Notes: generated by a model not told the origin, from the letters alone. Positions 38,852-49,834 are shown, numbered from the stretch's first letter. The stretch: 64,000 nt of DNA from Nitrospirota bacterium (GCA_963663225.1 OY760142.1:352001-416000), one strand, 5' to 3'. A program made the numbers and translations.

Positions 38852-41413
38852 TCAACCGGTATGGTCAGCATTATTCAATATTTCTCGAATCTTTGAAGAA
38901 AAATCGTAGATAGAAAACGGCTTCTGAATAAAATCAACACCCTTCTCAACCACACCCTGGTGAGTGATTATATCAGCCGTGTAGCCGGACATAAAAAGAC
39001 ACTTGAGGTTCGGATGCACGGACAAGAGCCGTCCGGACAGCTCTTTTCCATTCATCTCAGGCATCACGACGTCGGTTATAAGCATCTGAATTCCACCGGT
39101 ATGCGCTTCCGCCAGGCGGAGGGCTTCGCTTGGGATGCTCGCAGTCAGAACCGTGTATCCCAGCGCTTCAAGTATTGTTTTGCCAAGGTTCAAAAGACTG
39201 GCATCGTCCTCAACCAGAAGAATGGTTTCGGTTCCGCCGACGGCAATTTGCTTTATTCCTGCCTGCCCCTGCAACGTTTTGCTTGTGTCCCTGGGAAGGT
39301 AAATCGCAAAGCTCGTCCCCTTGCCTGGCTCGCTGTAGACATTTATGAACCCTTTATTTTGCTTCACAATGCCGTAGACCGTTGAAAGTCCCAGACCTGT
39401 TCCCAGACCCACGCCCTTGGTCGTAAAAAACGGTTCAAATATTCTGGACTGCGTTTCCTTATCCATGCCGCTGCCGCTATCAGTAATGGTGAGTTTCACA
39501 TAATCCCCGGGTGCGGCATCCGGGTTATGGACACGATATCCTTCATCAACTGCGGCAATTTCCGTCTGAATAGTGATCTTCCCGACTCCAGCAATGGCGT
39601 CCCGGGCATTGACGCACAGATTCGCCAATATCTGGTCAACCTGGCTAGGGTCCATTTTTACCTGGACCAGACCTGCACCGGGCCGCCAAATCAGTGTAAT
39701 ATCCTCGCCGATAAGCCGCCTCAGCATTTTGAGTATTCCTTCCACCACCTCGTTTACGTCGAGTATCTTTGGAACAATTGTCTGCCTGCGGGCAAAGGCC
39801 AGCAACTGGCGGGTAAGTCCAGCAGAATGCTCGGCCGCCTTGCGGATTTCATGCAGCTTATCAAACAGGGGATCGCGAGGGTCCATATCGGCAAGAATCA
39901 TCTCTGCATGGCCGATAATGATTCCGAGCATATTGTTGAAATCGTGGGCCACTCCTCCCGCAAGGCGTCCAACTGACTCCAGTTTCTGCACCTGGTTTAA
40001 TTGCTCCTGGAGCTTCAAACGTTCATTCTCGCTCTGTTTGCGCTCGGTGATGTCCTCGGTAAAAATGACAATTCCGCCGACCTGCTTCTCCGATGTCCAC
40101 CAGGGATGAATTTCCCAGCGAAGCAGCTGAATTGACCCGTCCGCGCGTTCGAACGGGTCTCCATCGGCTTGCACCACTTCTCCGTTAAGGCCCCTTCGGT
40201 GAGCTTGTTTCCAGCGGTCGGGAATTTCAGGAAAAATATCATAGTGCGACTGTCCCAGCAGATCGCGGTCGCCCAGCTTGTAATCGGAACGCCAGCGGTT
40301 GCTTACCGCGATATAGCGCATCTCCGAATCAAACATAGCCAGCGAGGCAGGGGCATATTCGATAAATAGTTGCAACCGTTCCCTGCTTTCGTGCAGCAAT
40401 GCTTCCGCGCGTTTTCGTTCGGTTATGTCGGTGTGCGTGCCGGTCATTCTCAGCGCACGGCCTTTCTCGTCACGTTTCGATATCTTGCCGCGGGTGAGAA
40501 CCCAAAGATATTTTCCTGATTTGGTTTTGAGGCGCTGTTCGATGCGAAAGAGAGTCGAGCGCCCGCTCAAGTGGTCATTCAGGGCCTTTGTAGTGGCAGG
40601 GAGATCGTCCGGATGGACTCTCTGGCGCCAGGAAGTCACGTCAGTAAGAAACTCCGTTTCCCGGTATCCGAACATTTCATAGCCGCGAGGGCTCAGGAAA
40701 ATGGCATTGGTATTGAGGTCCACGTCCCAGATCGCATCATTGGCTCCTTCCATGGCGAACTTGAGCCGTTCTTCACTGGCTTGCAGGCCAGCCACTGCGC
40801 GGTTCCGCGCCTCTGTGACGCGGAAGACGGTAATACCCAGCGTCGCAAGCAGCACGGCGGCTATGCTGAGCGCAAGAGTGAACCGATGATCGAGGCGGGT
40901 TGATAACTCCCTCAGCTGGCGTTGCGATGCGGCATCAAGGAGACTTGCTTCGCGTTCCAATGCACTGAATGCAATCCGCAGCGACACTGCCTGCTTTGAT
41001 GCAGGCGCTTTCGCTTTCCTCCACTCATCCAAACTACTCCGAAACTTGTTGACGTTTTTGCGAAAAGTAGCAGCGGCTGTTACGTCAGTGAATTCAAGAT
41101 TGGCAAGAGCGCGTTCGAATGAACTGACCGACTGCTGCAGTAACGCCACCCCTTGTTCCCGGTCAAAGGGAGAGCCCGCATCATTGGCAAGACTCGTATG
41201 GAGGAATCCCTGTTCCAATTCTATCAGGGCCTGTCGGATATTTCCCAGATTGGCCGCAGCGTGCCGGAGTTCCTGGCGATACTGATAATGCAGCCAAATC
41301 ACCAGAATGAACACGAGCAAGCACAGAAGCATGGTCCCCCATGTCCACCAGCGATAATCGGAAAATCTTCGGGGACGGACTGATGCTTCAATATCAACGC
41401 CGTGCGTTGTCAT
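38852..41413 (-). CDS. Membrane PAS-PAS hybrid histidine kinase
   Basis: Two TMs, PAS/PAC, GRLAGGVAHDFNN H-box, FEPFFTTK and a C-terminal REC (TDVVMP). Confidence 0.95.
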   Translation of the reverse strand: MTTHGVDIEASVRPRRFSDYRWWTWGTMLLCLLVFILVIWLHYQYRQELRHAAANLGNIRQALIELEQGFLHTSLANDAGSPFDREQGVALLQQSVSSFERALANLEFTDVTAAATFRKNVNKFRSSLDEWRKAKAPASKQAVSLRIAFSALEREASLLDAASQRQLRELSTRLDHRFTLALSIAAVLLATLGITVFRVTEARNRAVAGLQASEERLKFAMEGANDAIWDVDLNTNAIFLSPRGYEMFGYRETEFLTDVTSWRQRVHPDDLPATTKALNDHLSGRSTLFRIEQRLKTKSGKYLWVLTRGKISKRDEKGRALRMTGTHTDITERKRAEALLHESRERLQLFIEYAPASLAMFDSEMRYIAVSNRWRSDYKLGDRDLLGQSHYDIFPEIPDRWKQAHRRGLNGEVVQADGDPFERADGSIQLLRWEIHPWWTSEKQVGGIVIFTEDITERKQSENERLKLQEQLNQVQKLESVGRLAGGVAHDFNNMLGIIIGHAEMILADMDPRDPLFDKLHEIRKAAEHSAGLTRQLLAFARRQTIVPKILDVNEVVEGILKMLRRLIGEDITLIWRPGAGLVQVKMDPSQVDQILANLCVNARDAIAGVGKITIQTEIAAVDEGYRVHNPDAAPGDYVKLTITDSGSGMDKETQSRIFEPFFTTKGVGLGTGLGLSTVYGIVKQNKGFINVYSEPGKGTSFAIYLPRDTSKTLQGQAGIKQIAVGGTETILLVEDDASLLNLGKTILEALGYTVLTASIPSEALRLAEAHTGGIQMLITDVVMPEMNGKELSGRLLSVHPNLKCLFMSGYTADIITHQGVVEKGVDFIQKPFSIYDFSSKIREILNNADHTG

Positions 41414-42267
41414 CGGGAGAGAACCTCCTTGAGCGTAATGAGACCGGGCAGCTCAGCTTCTGTAAAACCATATTTGGCAACCAGGGCGCGATGCTCAGGA
41501 CTGCCAACGTAGGTTTTCAACGCTGTGTTCCATGCGGACAGCAGCTGGTGGTCTTTTTTTCGGAAAGCAAACGCACCATAGCCAAAATGACTGCTTTCAG
41601 CAGGCTCCTCAAACGGTCGGACCGCTTCGGTCCGGCCCAGTTGATACCGGAGCGCCATCCACTGCACGGTGGGCGATGACAGAGACAAACAGTCGGCAAG
41701 ACCATGCTCAACAGCCGCACGTCCGGTAAGAGCATCTGGCACAATCACCAGCCTTGATTTCGGCAGGCCCATTCGGAGCAAGAGGGTTTCTTCAACCGCA
41801 CCGGAAAGTGCTGCTACTTTTACTCCGGCTTGCATAACAGCCTGTTGGTAGGAATGCAGTTGCAGCGGATTGCCTTTACGAACCAGCAAACCCGGTTTTA
41901 CATGGAAGGTCGGTTCTGAAAAACCCACGTGCTTCGCCCGTTCTGGAGTAATGAACAACCCTGAGGCAATTACGTCAATGCGACCGGCTTCCAGCGCAGG
42001 TATAAGAGCATCGAATTCCAGCTGCTGCCATTCGATACGGCCGATTCCCAACTGCGCGACGATTATTTTTGCAATTTCCGGCGACTCGCCCGTAACCGCT
42101 CCCTCGGAAGACAAAAAAGCATATGGAGCCTCGACAGCATAGCCGATCCGGATCGTTCCTTGTTGCAGAAAATCCGATAAGGAATTATCTGTCCTGAGCT
42201 GAAACACGAGGATGGCAAGAACAGCAACCGCTGCGATAGCAAGTAATATGTTTTTCGGCTTACGCAT
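41410..42267 (-). CDS. EhuB-like (ectoine/hydroxyectoine) solute-binding protein with no adjacent transporter
   Basis: IRIGYAVEAPYAF...TGESPE, FITPERA, VRKGNP and GAFAFRK; its stop overlaps the kinase ATG (ATGA). Confidence 0.82.
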   Translation of the reverse strand: MRKPKNILLAIAAVAVLAILVFQLRTDNSLSDFLQQGTIRIGYAVEAPYAFLSSEGAVTGESPEIAKIIVAQLGIGRIEWQQLEFDALIPALEAGRIDVIASGLFITPERAKHVGFSEPTFHVKPGLLVRKGNPLQLHSYQQAVMQAGVKVAALSGAVEETLLLRMGLPKSRLVIVPDALTGRAAVEHGLADCLSLSSPTVQWMALRYQLGRTEAVRPFEEPAESSHFGYGAFAFRKKDHQLLSAWNTALKTYVGSPEHRALVAKYGFTEAELPGLITLKEVLSR

Positions 42268-42666
42268 GCCTGCTGCATACTCCTGAACATTCCTAACAGT
42301 TGGACGATCAGGTCCAGATTCTTAGTTTTCTAAATCGGGTTCCTATTTTACTGAAGAGGAAAGGACAAAAAAATTACATAAATTACCAACCATATATTGA
42401 AATCAGCACGGAAGAGTAAATTAACCCGTAGGTGCGCAGCCAACGTTTTTCAAAAACAACATTAGTTACAAATACAACTTATAGAATGTCATAATTATAG
42501 CACTGTTCATGCTTAAGTCTTTGAGATGGAATGAAAATTTGTTCAATTCCATGTTGTTTTCGTTACTATAATTGCCCTTTTTGCAACTTTATGTTACTAT
42601 CAATATACTTTAGAAATATTTTTTTCAACAGGATGCCTGAGCGATTGTCTCCAAGAAGGAATTTAC

Positions 42667-45459
42667 ATGGCGGGTTATAAACTTCTGGATCTGATAGATA
42701 TGAACCAAGTTCAGCTGTTGCTGGAACGGCTGTATAAAATCTATCCCTGCACTTCGGCTATTATCGACAATGAAGGCACGATACTCGCCTCCGTAGGAGG
42801 AGAGGAACTCTGCTCGCTCTTTCATAGAACGAATAAAGAAGCCGAAAGAGTATGCATTAAGAGCGACCAATATTCAAGCAGTTGTCTTTCCAAGGCCAAT
42901 CCGGCAGTAATCTATCAATGTCCGCACGGGCTGATTGACAGCGCGTTACCCATAATTATTGATGGCAACAACGTGGGTAGTTTTTTTACAGGTCAACTTT
43001 TTTTCGAAGAACCTGATCTTGACTTCTTTAAAAAGCAGGCTTCACGATACGGCTTCGATGAAAAATCGTATCTCGATGCAGTGAAAAAAGTCCCGATCTG
43101 GACCAGAGAAAAACTGGACACGTATCTGTCTTTTTCCAACACTTTGATAGAGATACTCATCAGCATAGCCGTGAAGAATCTCAAGTCCTTTGAACTAACC
43201 AAAAAAAATCAGGAGAGCGAACACCGGCTCCAAACCTTTCTCCAGACAGCCATGGAAGGCTTCTGCTTGTTGGATAGACAGGGACATATTCTCCAAGCTA
43301 ATGAATCCTATTGCCGCATGAACGGTTACAGCCTCCAGGAACTGCTCACAATGCGCATTTCTGATATCGAAATCAATGAAAACCCCGCAGAGACTGAAGC
43401 GCATCTTCGGGAAATCCAGACCAAGGGCAAAGTCCGGTTCGAAACCAGGCACAAGCGCAAAGACGGCAGCACGTACGACATCGAAGTCAGCACACAATAC
43501 CAACCCGCAGACAATGGGTTGTTTTATACATTTCTTCGTGACATTACAAAGCGTAAACAGGCTGAAAATGACGTGCGATACAAAAATCTCCTCTTATCGA
43601 CGCAACAGGAAGCGTCAATCGACGGCATCCTGGTCGTAGATGAAAATAACCGAGTCATCTCATGCAATAAACGGTTTTCAGCCATGTGGGGAGTTCCGCA
43701 AAAGCTGATCGACGACAAGGATGATACTCCTGTTCTGGAATTTGTTGCTGCCCAGGTGGTTGATAACCGATCATTCCTGCAAAAAGTTCACTACCTCTAC
43801 GAGCACAAGGAACTGACCAGCGAAGACGAGTTGTCACTTAAGAACGGTCGCGTCTTTGAACGCTACTCTGCGCCGATATTTGAATCGGACAATAGATATT
43901 TGGGCCGCGTCTGGTATTTTCATGATATTACCAATCGAAAAGAGACGGAACGAGCGCTGCGGGAAAGCGAAAAGCGCTTCGCAACGATATTCCACGCCAG
44001 TCCGACACCTATCGGCATCAGCCGCATGCGGGACGGTCAGTTCATAGACGTCAACACGTCCTTTACAAATTTATGCGGCTACTGCCGTGAAGAAATCATC
44101 GGCCATACTTCAGACGAACTACAGTTATGGCAGTACACGAATCGCGCACAATGGTTTAATAAACTGTGGGAAAAGAAGCATCTTCAAAATATCGAAGCTG
44201 GAATCCGCCGCAAAACCGGAGAAATCCGGAACGTGCTGGCTTCCTTTGAGCTGATTGAACTGGGCGGTGAACTCAGTATTCTGGGAATTCTGATCGACAT
44301 CACCGAACATCGAAAATTGGAACAAGAAATTATAAAAAACCAAAAACTCGAAAATATCGGGACATTGGCCGGTGGGATCGCCCATGATTTTAACAACCTG
44401 CTGCAGGCGGTTTCGGGTTATATTTCTCTTGCGAAGCTGACGTGTGATGACAAACAAAAAAGCCTGTCTGCGCTTGATGAGGCCGAGAAGGCATTGCACA
44501 TGTCGGTAAAATTGACGAACCAGCTGCTTACTTTTTCGAAAGGCGGAAAACCCGTAAAGAAAGCCGTTGATCTCCGCCCGCTCATTGAAAACGCGGCAAA
44601 ATTTGCCTTGAGCGGAGCCCGAACAAACACTCGCATTCATATTGCTCATGATCTCTGGTCGGCCGATGCGGACGAAGGACAGATCAATCAGGTAATTCAG
44701 AATATTGTTCTGAATGCCGACCAGGCCATGCCTGAAGGCGGACAGGTGGAGATCACCGCCCGCAATCTTCAAAGTCCTGGTTCCGGACTGCCGCAGGTTC
44801 TGAAACCTGACAACTATGTCCAAATCTCCATCAGAGACACCGGGACCGGTATAGACGGAGAAAATATTACTAAGATATTCGACCCTTACTTCACCACAAA
44901 AGAAAAAGGAAGCGGACTGGGACTCGCAACATCGTATTCCATTATCAAACATCACAGTGGAATGATTGATGTGGACTCAGAAGTGGGCAAAGGGACAACA
45001 TTCACCATTTACCTTCCTGCCGCGACGGGAACCAAACAAGAGGAAACGGCAGACGTTCCGGCTGCGGCGCCCGGGCGCACCACCGGACGGTTGCTCATTA
45101 TGGATGACGAACCGGCTGTTCTCGCCATTGCAGGAAAGCTTGTCGAATCGCTGGGGCATACAGCAGAATTTGCATCACAAGGCAAAGAAGCTATCGAAAA
45201 ATATCTGGAAGCGCACCGTTCAGGACGTCCGTTCCATGCCGTGATTCTCGATCTTACCGTCCGCGGAGGGATGGGAGGCGCCGAAACCCTGCAGAAGCTG
45301 CTTGCGTTCGACCCCAAGGTGACGGCAGTCGTATCCAGCGGATATTCTGACGACGCTAACATAGCGGACTATCGGGCGCACGGATTCAAGGCCTTCCTCA
45401 AGAAACCGTATACAAGGAATGAACTGCAACAAACACTCAACGTGCTGTTGAAGGAGTAG
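42667..45459 (+). CDS. Cytoplasmic PocR-PAS-PAS-PAS hybrid histidine kinase
   Basis: C..FHR...C..SD...YQCPHGL PocR motif, AGGIAHDFNN, FDPYFTTK and REC (LDLTV). Confidence 0.94.
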   Translation: MAGYKLLDLIDMNQVQLLLERLYKIYPCTSAIIDNEGTILASVGGEELCSLFHRTNKEAERVCIKSDQYSSSCLSKANPAVIYQCPHGLIDSALPIIIDGNNVGSFFTGQLFFEEPDLDFFKKQASRYGFDEKSYLDAVKKVPIWTREKLDTYLSFSNTLIEILISIAVKNLKSFELTKKNQESEHRLQTFLQTAMEGFCLLDRQGHILQANESYCRMNGYSLQELLTMRISDIEINENPAETEAHLREIQTKGKVRFETRHKRKDGSTYDIEVSTQYQPADNGLFYTFLRDITKRKQAENDVRYKNLLLSTQQEASIDGILVVDENNRVISCNKRFSAMWGVPQKLIDDKDDTPVLEFVAAQVVDNRSFLQKVHYLYEHKELTSEDELSLKNGRVFERYSAPIFESDNRYLGRVWYFHDITNRKETERALRESEKRFATIFHASPTPIGISRMRDGQFIDVNTSFTNLCGYCREEIIGHTSDELQLWQYTNRAQWFNKLWEKKHLQNIEAGIRRKTGEIRNVLASFELIELGGELSILGILIDITEHRKLEQEIIKNQKLENIGTLAGGIAHDFNNLLQAVSGYISLAKLTCDDKQKSLSALDEAEKALHMSVKLTNQLLTFSKGGKPVKKAVDLRPLIENAAKFALSGARTNTRIHIAHDLWSADADEGQINQVIQNIVLNADQAMPEGGQVEITARNLQSPGSGLPQVLKPDNYVQISIRDTGTGIDGENITKIFDPYFTTKEKGSGLGLATSYSIIKHHSGMIDVDSEVGKGTTFTIYLPAATGTKQEETADVPAAAPGRTTGRLLIMDDEPAVLAIAGKLVESLGHTAEFASQGKEAIEKYLEAHRSGRPFHAVILDLTVRGGMGGAETLQKLLAFDPKVTAVVSSGYSDDANIADYRAHGFKAFLKKPYTRNELQQTLNVLLKE

Positions 45460-45485
45460 TCGTTTGCGTCAGTCCTGGAGTTTTT

Positions 45486-46856
45486 TCATCTTACCTTGCC
45501 TCTCGCCAGCGATGCAATGATGCCGATACAGCACAGAAATGCAAAAATATAACATGCCGTTTTCATACTCTGCAGAAAGAGCGGATGCTGCTCCGGCGTG
45601 ATGCGCATGCCGCCCATCAAAACTGCAATAATAACCATAACGATCCCCATACTGAACATCTGCCCTACCAGCCGCATTGTTCCGAGCGTCGCCGATCCCA
45701 CGCTGTAAAACCGCTTTTCGATGGAAGTCATGACTGCGTTTGTATTTGGCGATGCAAACAAGGCGAATCCGAACCCCAGCAGCATAAGACCGGCAATGAG
45801 AACCGCAATGCTTGTCTCCGCGCTAAGAAAGGAAAAAGAGAACAGCCCCGCCAGGGTAAACGCCATGCCGATGGATGCCACAATCCTCGGTTCTATCCTG
45901 TCGGAAAGCCGTCCGGCCAACGGAGAAAAAAGCGCCATGACTATGGGCTGTGATACGAGTACCAGACCGGCTAGTTGCGGCGAAAAGCCTTTGATGTATT
46001 GAAGGTAAAGGCTCATGAGAAATGTTACGGCAAACGTGGCGCTGTAGTGTATGAGGGCGGCAAGATTGGAAAAGGCAAACGGCACATTGCGAATAAACAG
46101 ATTCATATTCATAAGCGGGCTTGCCGTTTTCCGTTCCCATTGTACAAACAGAACAGCCCCGACGACTCCTGCCGCAGCAAAGCTTTTTCCCGGCAAGGAA
46201 GGAAGAAGCGAGAGCCCGTACATCAGTGAAGCAAGAGTGGCGCCGTATAAGAGGGCCCCGAGAATGTCAAACTTTTCCCCGCGCGCCTCGGCCCATTCAA
46301 TTTTCAGCTTCAGTGAAATAAGACAAATTAAAAAAAAGCCCAGCGGCACATGCACAAGAAAAATGCTGCGCCATCCGAACTGATCTGTGAGGAAACCGCC
46401 CAGGACCGGTCCGAGAGAAAGTCCAAGATACGTGGCAGCGACGCTGATTCCGAGTACGCGGCCGCGTTCCTCGATCGGAAAGACGGATGTCAAAATTGCC
46501 ATCCCTGTACCGAATATCATCGCGCTTCCGAGTCCCTGCACGAGCCGGAGAGCAATAAGGGTCGCAGCAGACGGCGCAACCGCGATGAAAAGAGACGAGA
46601 GGCTGAAAATCCATATTCCGCAGGTGAATATTTTTTTTCTTCCGAAGATATCCGCCATCCTTCCCAGAGGAACGAGAAAAATTGCCGCCGCCATCAGGAA
46701 CGACGTCGGGACCCAGCTCATGAGGATCGCATCCATCTGAAATTCCGCGCTGATAGCGGGAAGGGCGATATTGATTGATGACCCCATGAATGGGGTAAGA
46801 AATGCAGAAAGCGTGGCGATGAGAAGAGCGGTGTTCTTGATTGATGAATTATCCAC
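45486..46856 (-). CDS. MFS transporter (DHA2-like)
   Basis: GRMADIFGRK, LGPVLGG and WRSIF; many TMs. Confidence 0.92.
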   Translation of the reverse strand: MDNSSIKNTALLIATLSAFLTPFMGSSINIALPAISAEFQMDAILMSWVPTSFLMAAAIFLVPLGRMADIFGRKKIFTCGIWIFSLSSLFIAVAPSAATLIALRLVQGLGSAMIFGTGMAILTSVFPIEERGRVLGISVAATYLGLSLGPVLGGFLTDQFGWRSIFLVHVPLGFFLICLISLKLKIEWAEARGEKFDILGALLYGATLASLMYGLSLLPSLPGKSFAAAGVVGAVLFVQWERKTASPLMNMNLFIRNVPFAFSNLAALIHYSATFAVTFLMSLYLQYIKGFSPQLAGLVLVSQPIVMALFSPLAGRLSDRIEPRIVASIGMAFTLAGLFSFSFLSAETSIAVLIAGLMLLGFGFALFASPNTNAVMTSIEKRFYSVGSATLGTMRLVGQMFSMGIVMVIIAVLMGGMRITPEQHPLFLQSMKTACYIFAFLCCIGIIASLARGKVR

Positions 46857-47061
46857 AGAAAGTTACCATCCGGCATGCTTGCCATCGGATAATCGAGCTA
46901 TAAATGGTTCAGTCTGCTCGGAATGCCGTACGTGTTGAAGAGTTTTTTTAGTTGTCATTTTTACAGAGGCGCAATTTTTAAAAGTGTACTATTTCAAGAA
47001 CGTAAAAGCAAGGTTTCGTATCGTCTTGTTTGCTGCAGGCGGCCAGCACATTTAAAAAACA

Positions 47062-48225
47062 TTATGTACAACTTTTTGATTGGCGAAGCAATAGTGCGAC
47101 GAAGCAACCCAGAAAGATTGCGGCTCCTGTGCTGATAATACCGACCGAGAACAGTTTGGCGTCTGCAAGCACACCGATGATACCGGGGACAACACCTCCG
47201 CCAAACAAAAACCCGATAGGAACTGCAAGAGAGACAGCAAGGTTCCGCGACTGCGGCGGCGCAATCGCGGAAAGCATTGAGAAACCGGCGGGGAAAAAAC
47301 ATACTGATAACAGCGGCTGCAAAAAAATCACCGGTGGAATCCACTCAGCTGAAGCCACGCCCAGTATGCTCGTCATTATGCCCGTATAAAGAAAAATAAA
47401 TATCATGGCTGTACGCGCCCCCAGCCGGTCGATAACCGGGCCGGCAAGAAAGACAATCGCAATCGTGGGGATGCGGGAGAGGGCAACGAAGGAATTTGCC
47501 TCCGGTGGACTGAAGCCCAGTTCGGTGACGAGATACAATGGAAGCATGCTGTATATGCCGATAGTCGAGCTAATGGCCAGACAAAACAGAATAACCATGA
47601 TCCAGAATGCCGGCTGAGCAAACAGGGTCCCTACTGTCCGGGGATGCGGAATTTCTCCTCTCAATCGGCTGTCTTTACATGACAGGTGCAGCAAGCATCC
47701 CGCGATCAGAGCCAGCACCCCAAGAATGCCCAGGGCTGTTCGCCAGGTGAACCACTGGAGAACGCCTATCGCGAACAGCGGTGCAACCACAAAAGCCAGA
47801 TTCGGAGCGGTTTCATGAACGGCAAATGCTTTTCCCCAGTTTTGCCTATCTACACAGGTGCTGATGGTGGCCACGCCTGAAGGGAGATAAACGCCTGTTG
47901 CCAAACCCAACAGAAACAAAGCAGCATTTATGACAGAAAACGTGGACAAAACAGCAAGAAGCATCAGGGTGCAACCCAGCAGCAGGCAGGAAAAAACAAT
48001 TGTTCTGTGATGGTTGATCTTTGACGAAAGAAACCCCGATCCGACAAGTCCGAGAAAATAACCCGCGGATATGAATACGAAGAAAGAGCCTGACTGGCTG
48101 TGGGCCATGTTCAGATCGTTTTCAACAGCCGGCAGCAAAGGCCCCAATATTATACGGGATAGAAAATTAATAAAAAAAATCGCCGTCAGCATGAGCAGGA
48201 CGGGCAGGCAGGGGGTATTAAGCAT
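47062..48225 (-). CDS. MFS transporter
   Basis: FFINFLSRIILGPLLP, GKAFAVHE and DRLGAR; start trimmed to the ATG at 48225. Confidence 0.88.
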   Translation of the reverse strand: MLNTPCLPVLLMLTAIFFINFLSRIILGPLLPAVENDLNMAHSQSGSFFVFISAGYFLGLVGSGFLSSKINHHRTIVFSCLLLGCTLMLLAVLSTFSVINAALFLLGLATGVYLPSGVATISTCVDRQNWGKAFAVHETAPNLAFVVAPLFAIGVLQWFTWRTALGILGVLALIAGCLLHLSCKDSRLRGEIPHPRTVGTLFAQPAFWIMVILFCLAISSTIGIYSMLPLYLVTELGFSPPEANSFVALSRIPTIAIVFLAGPVIDRLGARTAMIFIFLYTGIMTSILGVASAEWIPPVIFLQPLLSVCFFPAGFSMLSAIAPPQSRNLAVSLAVPIGFLFGGGVVPGIIGVLADAKLFSVGIISTGAAIFLGCFVALLLRQSKSCT

Positions 48226-48230
48226 ACAGG

Positions 48231-48653
48231 TCAGTCCGCACGGCTGCGCTTGAACCAGGCCGCGCCTTCGCTGGTCAGGAGCCAGTAAAAAGCGACCGCA
48301 TCTATCAGCATGGTCGACAACGAAATGCTCCAGCTGTAAAACGGACCGCTGAAAAAAGCCGCAGCGTCCCGGAACGTTGATAATACCCCCAGAATATAGA
48401 AAGCAAAGTTTACCATCCGGGCCCAGTTGTATCTTTGTGACGTTAAGTAAATCAGAGCTGCAGACAGTCCGAAAGTAAAAATCATGACTGACCATGTGGT
48501 CCAGCCCGGCAGTTCCGGCGTCAGGGACCCGAAGGCCCACGGAAGAGAGCTCAGTATCCCCAAAGCCAGGGAGGCCCATAAAAGCCGTATGGCCCAGGTG
48601 ACTTTATTCGGGATTTTGACGTGGTTATCAATCATGAGAAATTTTCCTCGCAA
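48231..48653 (-). CDS. Hypothetical 4-TM membrane protein
   Basis: RYNWAR motif, hydrophobic segments and a ..AWF C-terminus. Confidence 0.75.
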   Translation of the reverse strand: MRGKFLMIDNHVKIPNKVTWAIRLLWASLALGILSSLPWAFGSLTPELPGWTTWSVMIFTFGLSAALIYLTSQRYNWARMVNFAFYILGVLSTFRDAAAFFSGPFYSWSISLSTMLIDAVAFYWLLTSEGAAWFKRSRAD

Positions 48654-49031
48654 ATGTTAATACGCCCATGGAACAGGCCGGTTCCTTTCTATGCAGGCTG
48701 TGAACCATCTTCCGGTTGCGACGATTTTCTGGAAGTCAAAATATATACTTGATCAGGTAGGATGTCAATAATGTCAATGAACACGTGGTTATTACGCCGT
48801 AATAAGTTTCAAAACATATGCTTTGTTCCGGAGTCTGTAGTTTTATGGGAGCAGCACGAGAAGGGTTGCGCAGGAATAGCGCAATCGGTTTTAAACACTA
48901 GGCCATGGCAAAAACCACGAATAAAAATCATTTCATTCCTGATTTTTGCGTGTTTTTACAAAAGCGCATCACGAAAAAAATGCCTGCATGCAGGATCAGC
49001 AAGCGTTTTTTTATACAGACGCTGTCCCAAC

Positions 49032-49322
49032 TTATGCGACGATTACCTCGTAAAAAACCGCGGAAGGACTGCCGTTGAACAAAGCGCCGGTACGCTTACC
49101 GGCTTCAGCGTGGATGGGGCTGTCATGCATGATAATAAAAGCCTCCCGGTCCTCAAACTCCACGATAGCTGCATAATTGCCTTCTTTCACGGGTTTGAGC
49201 AAACGCCGGCCGATAAAACCTTTGAATTTGGCAAATTCTTTGTTTGTCAGGGCAAACCACTCCTTGAATTCGGCGTCTTTTCCTTCTTTCAGCGAAGGGA
49301 ACTCAGCAATAACGACAAACAT
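49032..49322 (-). CDS. Antibiotic biosynthesis monooxygenase (ABM) family protein
   Basis: GFIGRRLLKP, VEFED..AF..H.S..H; GGAG RBS. Confidence 0.85.
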   Translation of the reverse strand: MFVVIAEFPSLKEGKDAEFKEWFALTNKEFAKFKGFIGRRLLKPVKEGNYAAIVEFEDREAFIIMHDSPIHAEAGKRTGALFNGSPSAVFYEVIVA

Positions 49323-49391
49323 GATTGGGTCTCCTTCCATCTGCTCCTTGAACAGCCATGGTGGCCGTCGCAGCAGCCGGTTTCACGAATC

Positions 49392-49834
49392 TCACGCCTT
49401 TGATCGAAGATATTCTCCAATAAGCAGCGAGGCAGGATATAAAACTTCTTCTTCTGTCTGTGCGTGCAGCATAATCTTTTCAGCCAGATGAACGAATGCG
49501 TTTTTTTCTCGAGTTTTGCTGCTTCCATAAGCCTGTGAAGTTCTATGCCGATGGCCTTGTGCTCGGAATGCATGTGGTCCAAATCTTTTTTAAGTTTGTC
49601 GGTCATATGTAAAACGCTTTCCTTGTCCGGTGGAAACTCCCCTCTCGCCAGTTTTGCCAGCAAGCCCAGCGGAGGAAGCGCATATTCCTCTTCTTTTAAA
49701 AAATGCGGATGAAGCACCCTCGCAACGGACTGGGCGGCAAAGCCGGTTTTATCGCCCGATCGGGTCGCTGCTACGAGTTCTGCGTGAAGCTCCTGATGTT
49801 CGCTGGCAAGCGATTGGGGTGTTTTGAGTACCAT
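49392..49834 (-). pseudogene. Hemerythrin-like protein split by a frameshift in an A7 run
   Basis: EH..LH, HPHFLKEEE and EH motifs in frame 0; the final H...EEE motif (LHAQTEEEVLYP...LIGEYL) lies in the -1 frame after 49501-49507. Confidence 0.8.

Noticed and set aside
47062-48579. 505-aa ORF as one protein
   Set aside because: The first ~118 codons overlap the separate membrane-protein gene at 48231-48653; MFS similarity begins at the ATG at 48225.
49289-49834. 181-aa ORF as an intact gene
   Set aside because: Its C-terminus is out-of-frame sequence after the A7 frameshift and runs into the ABM gene.
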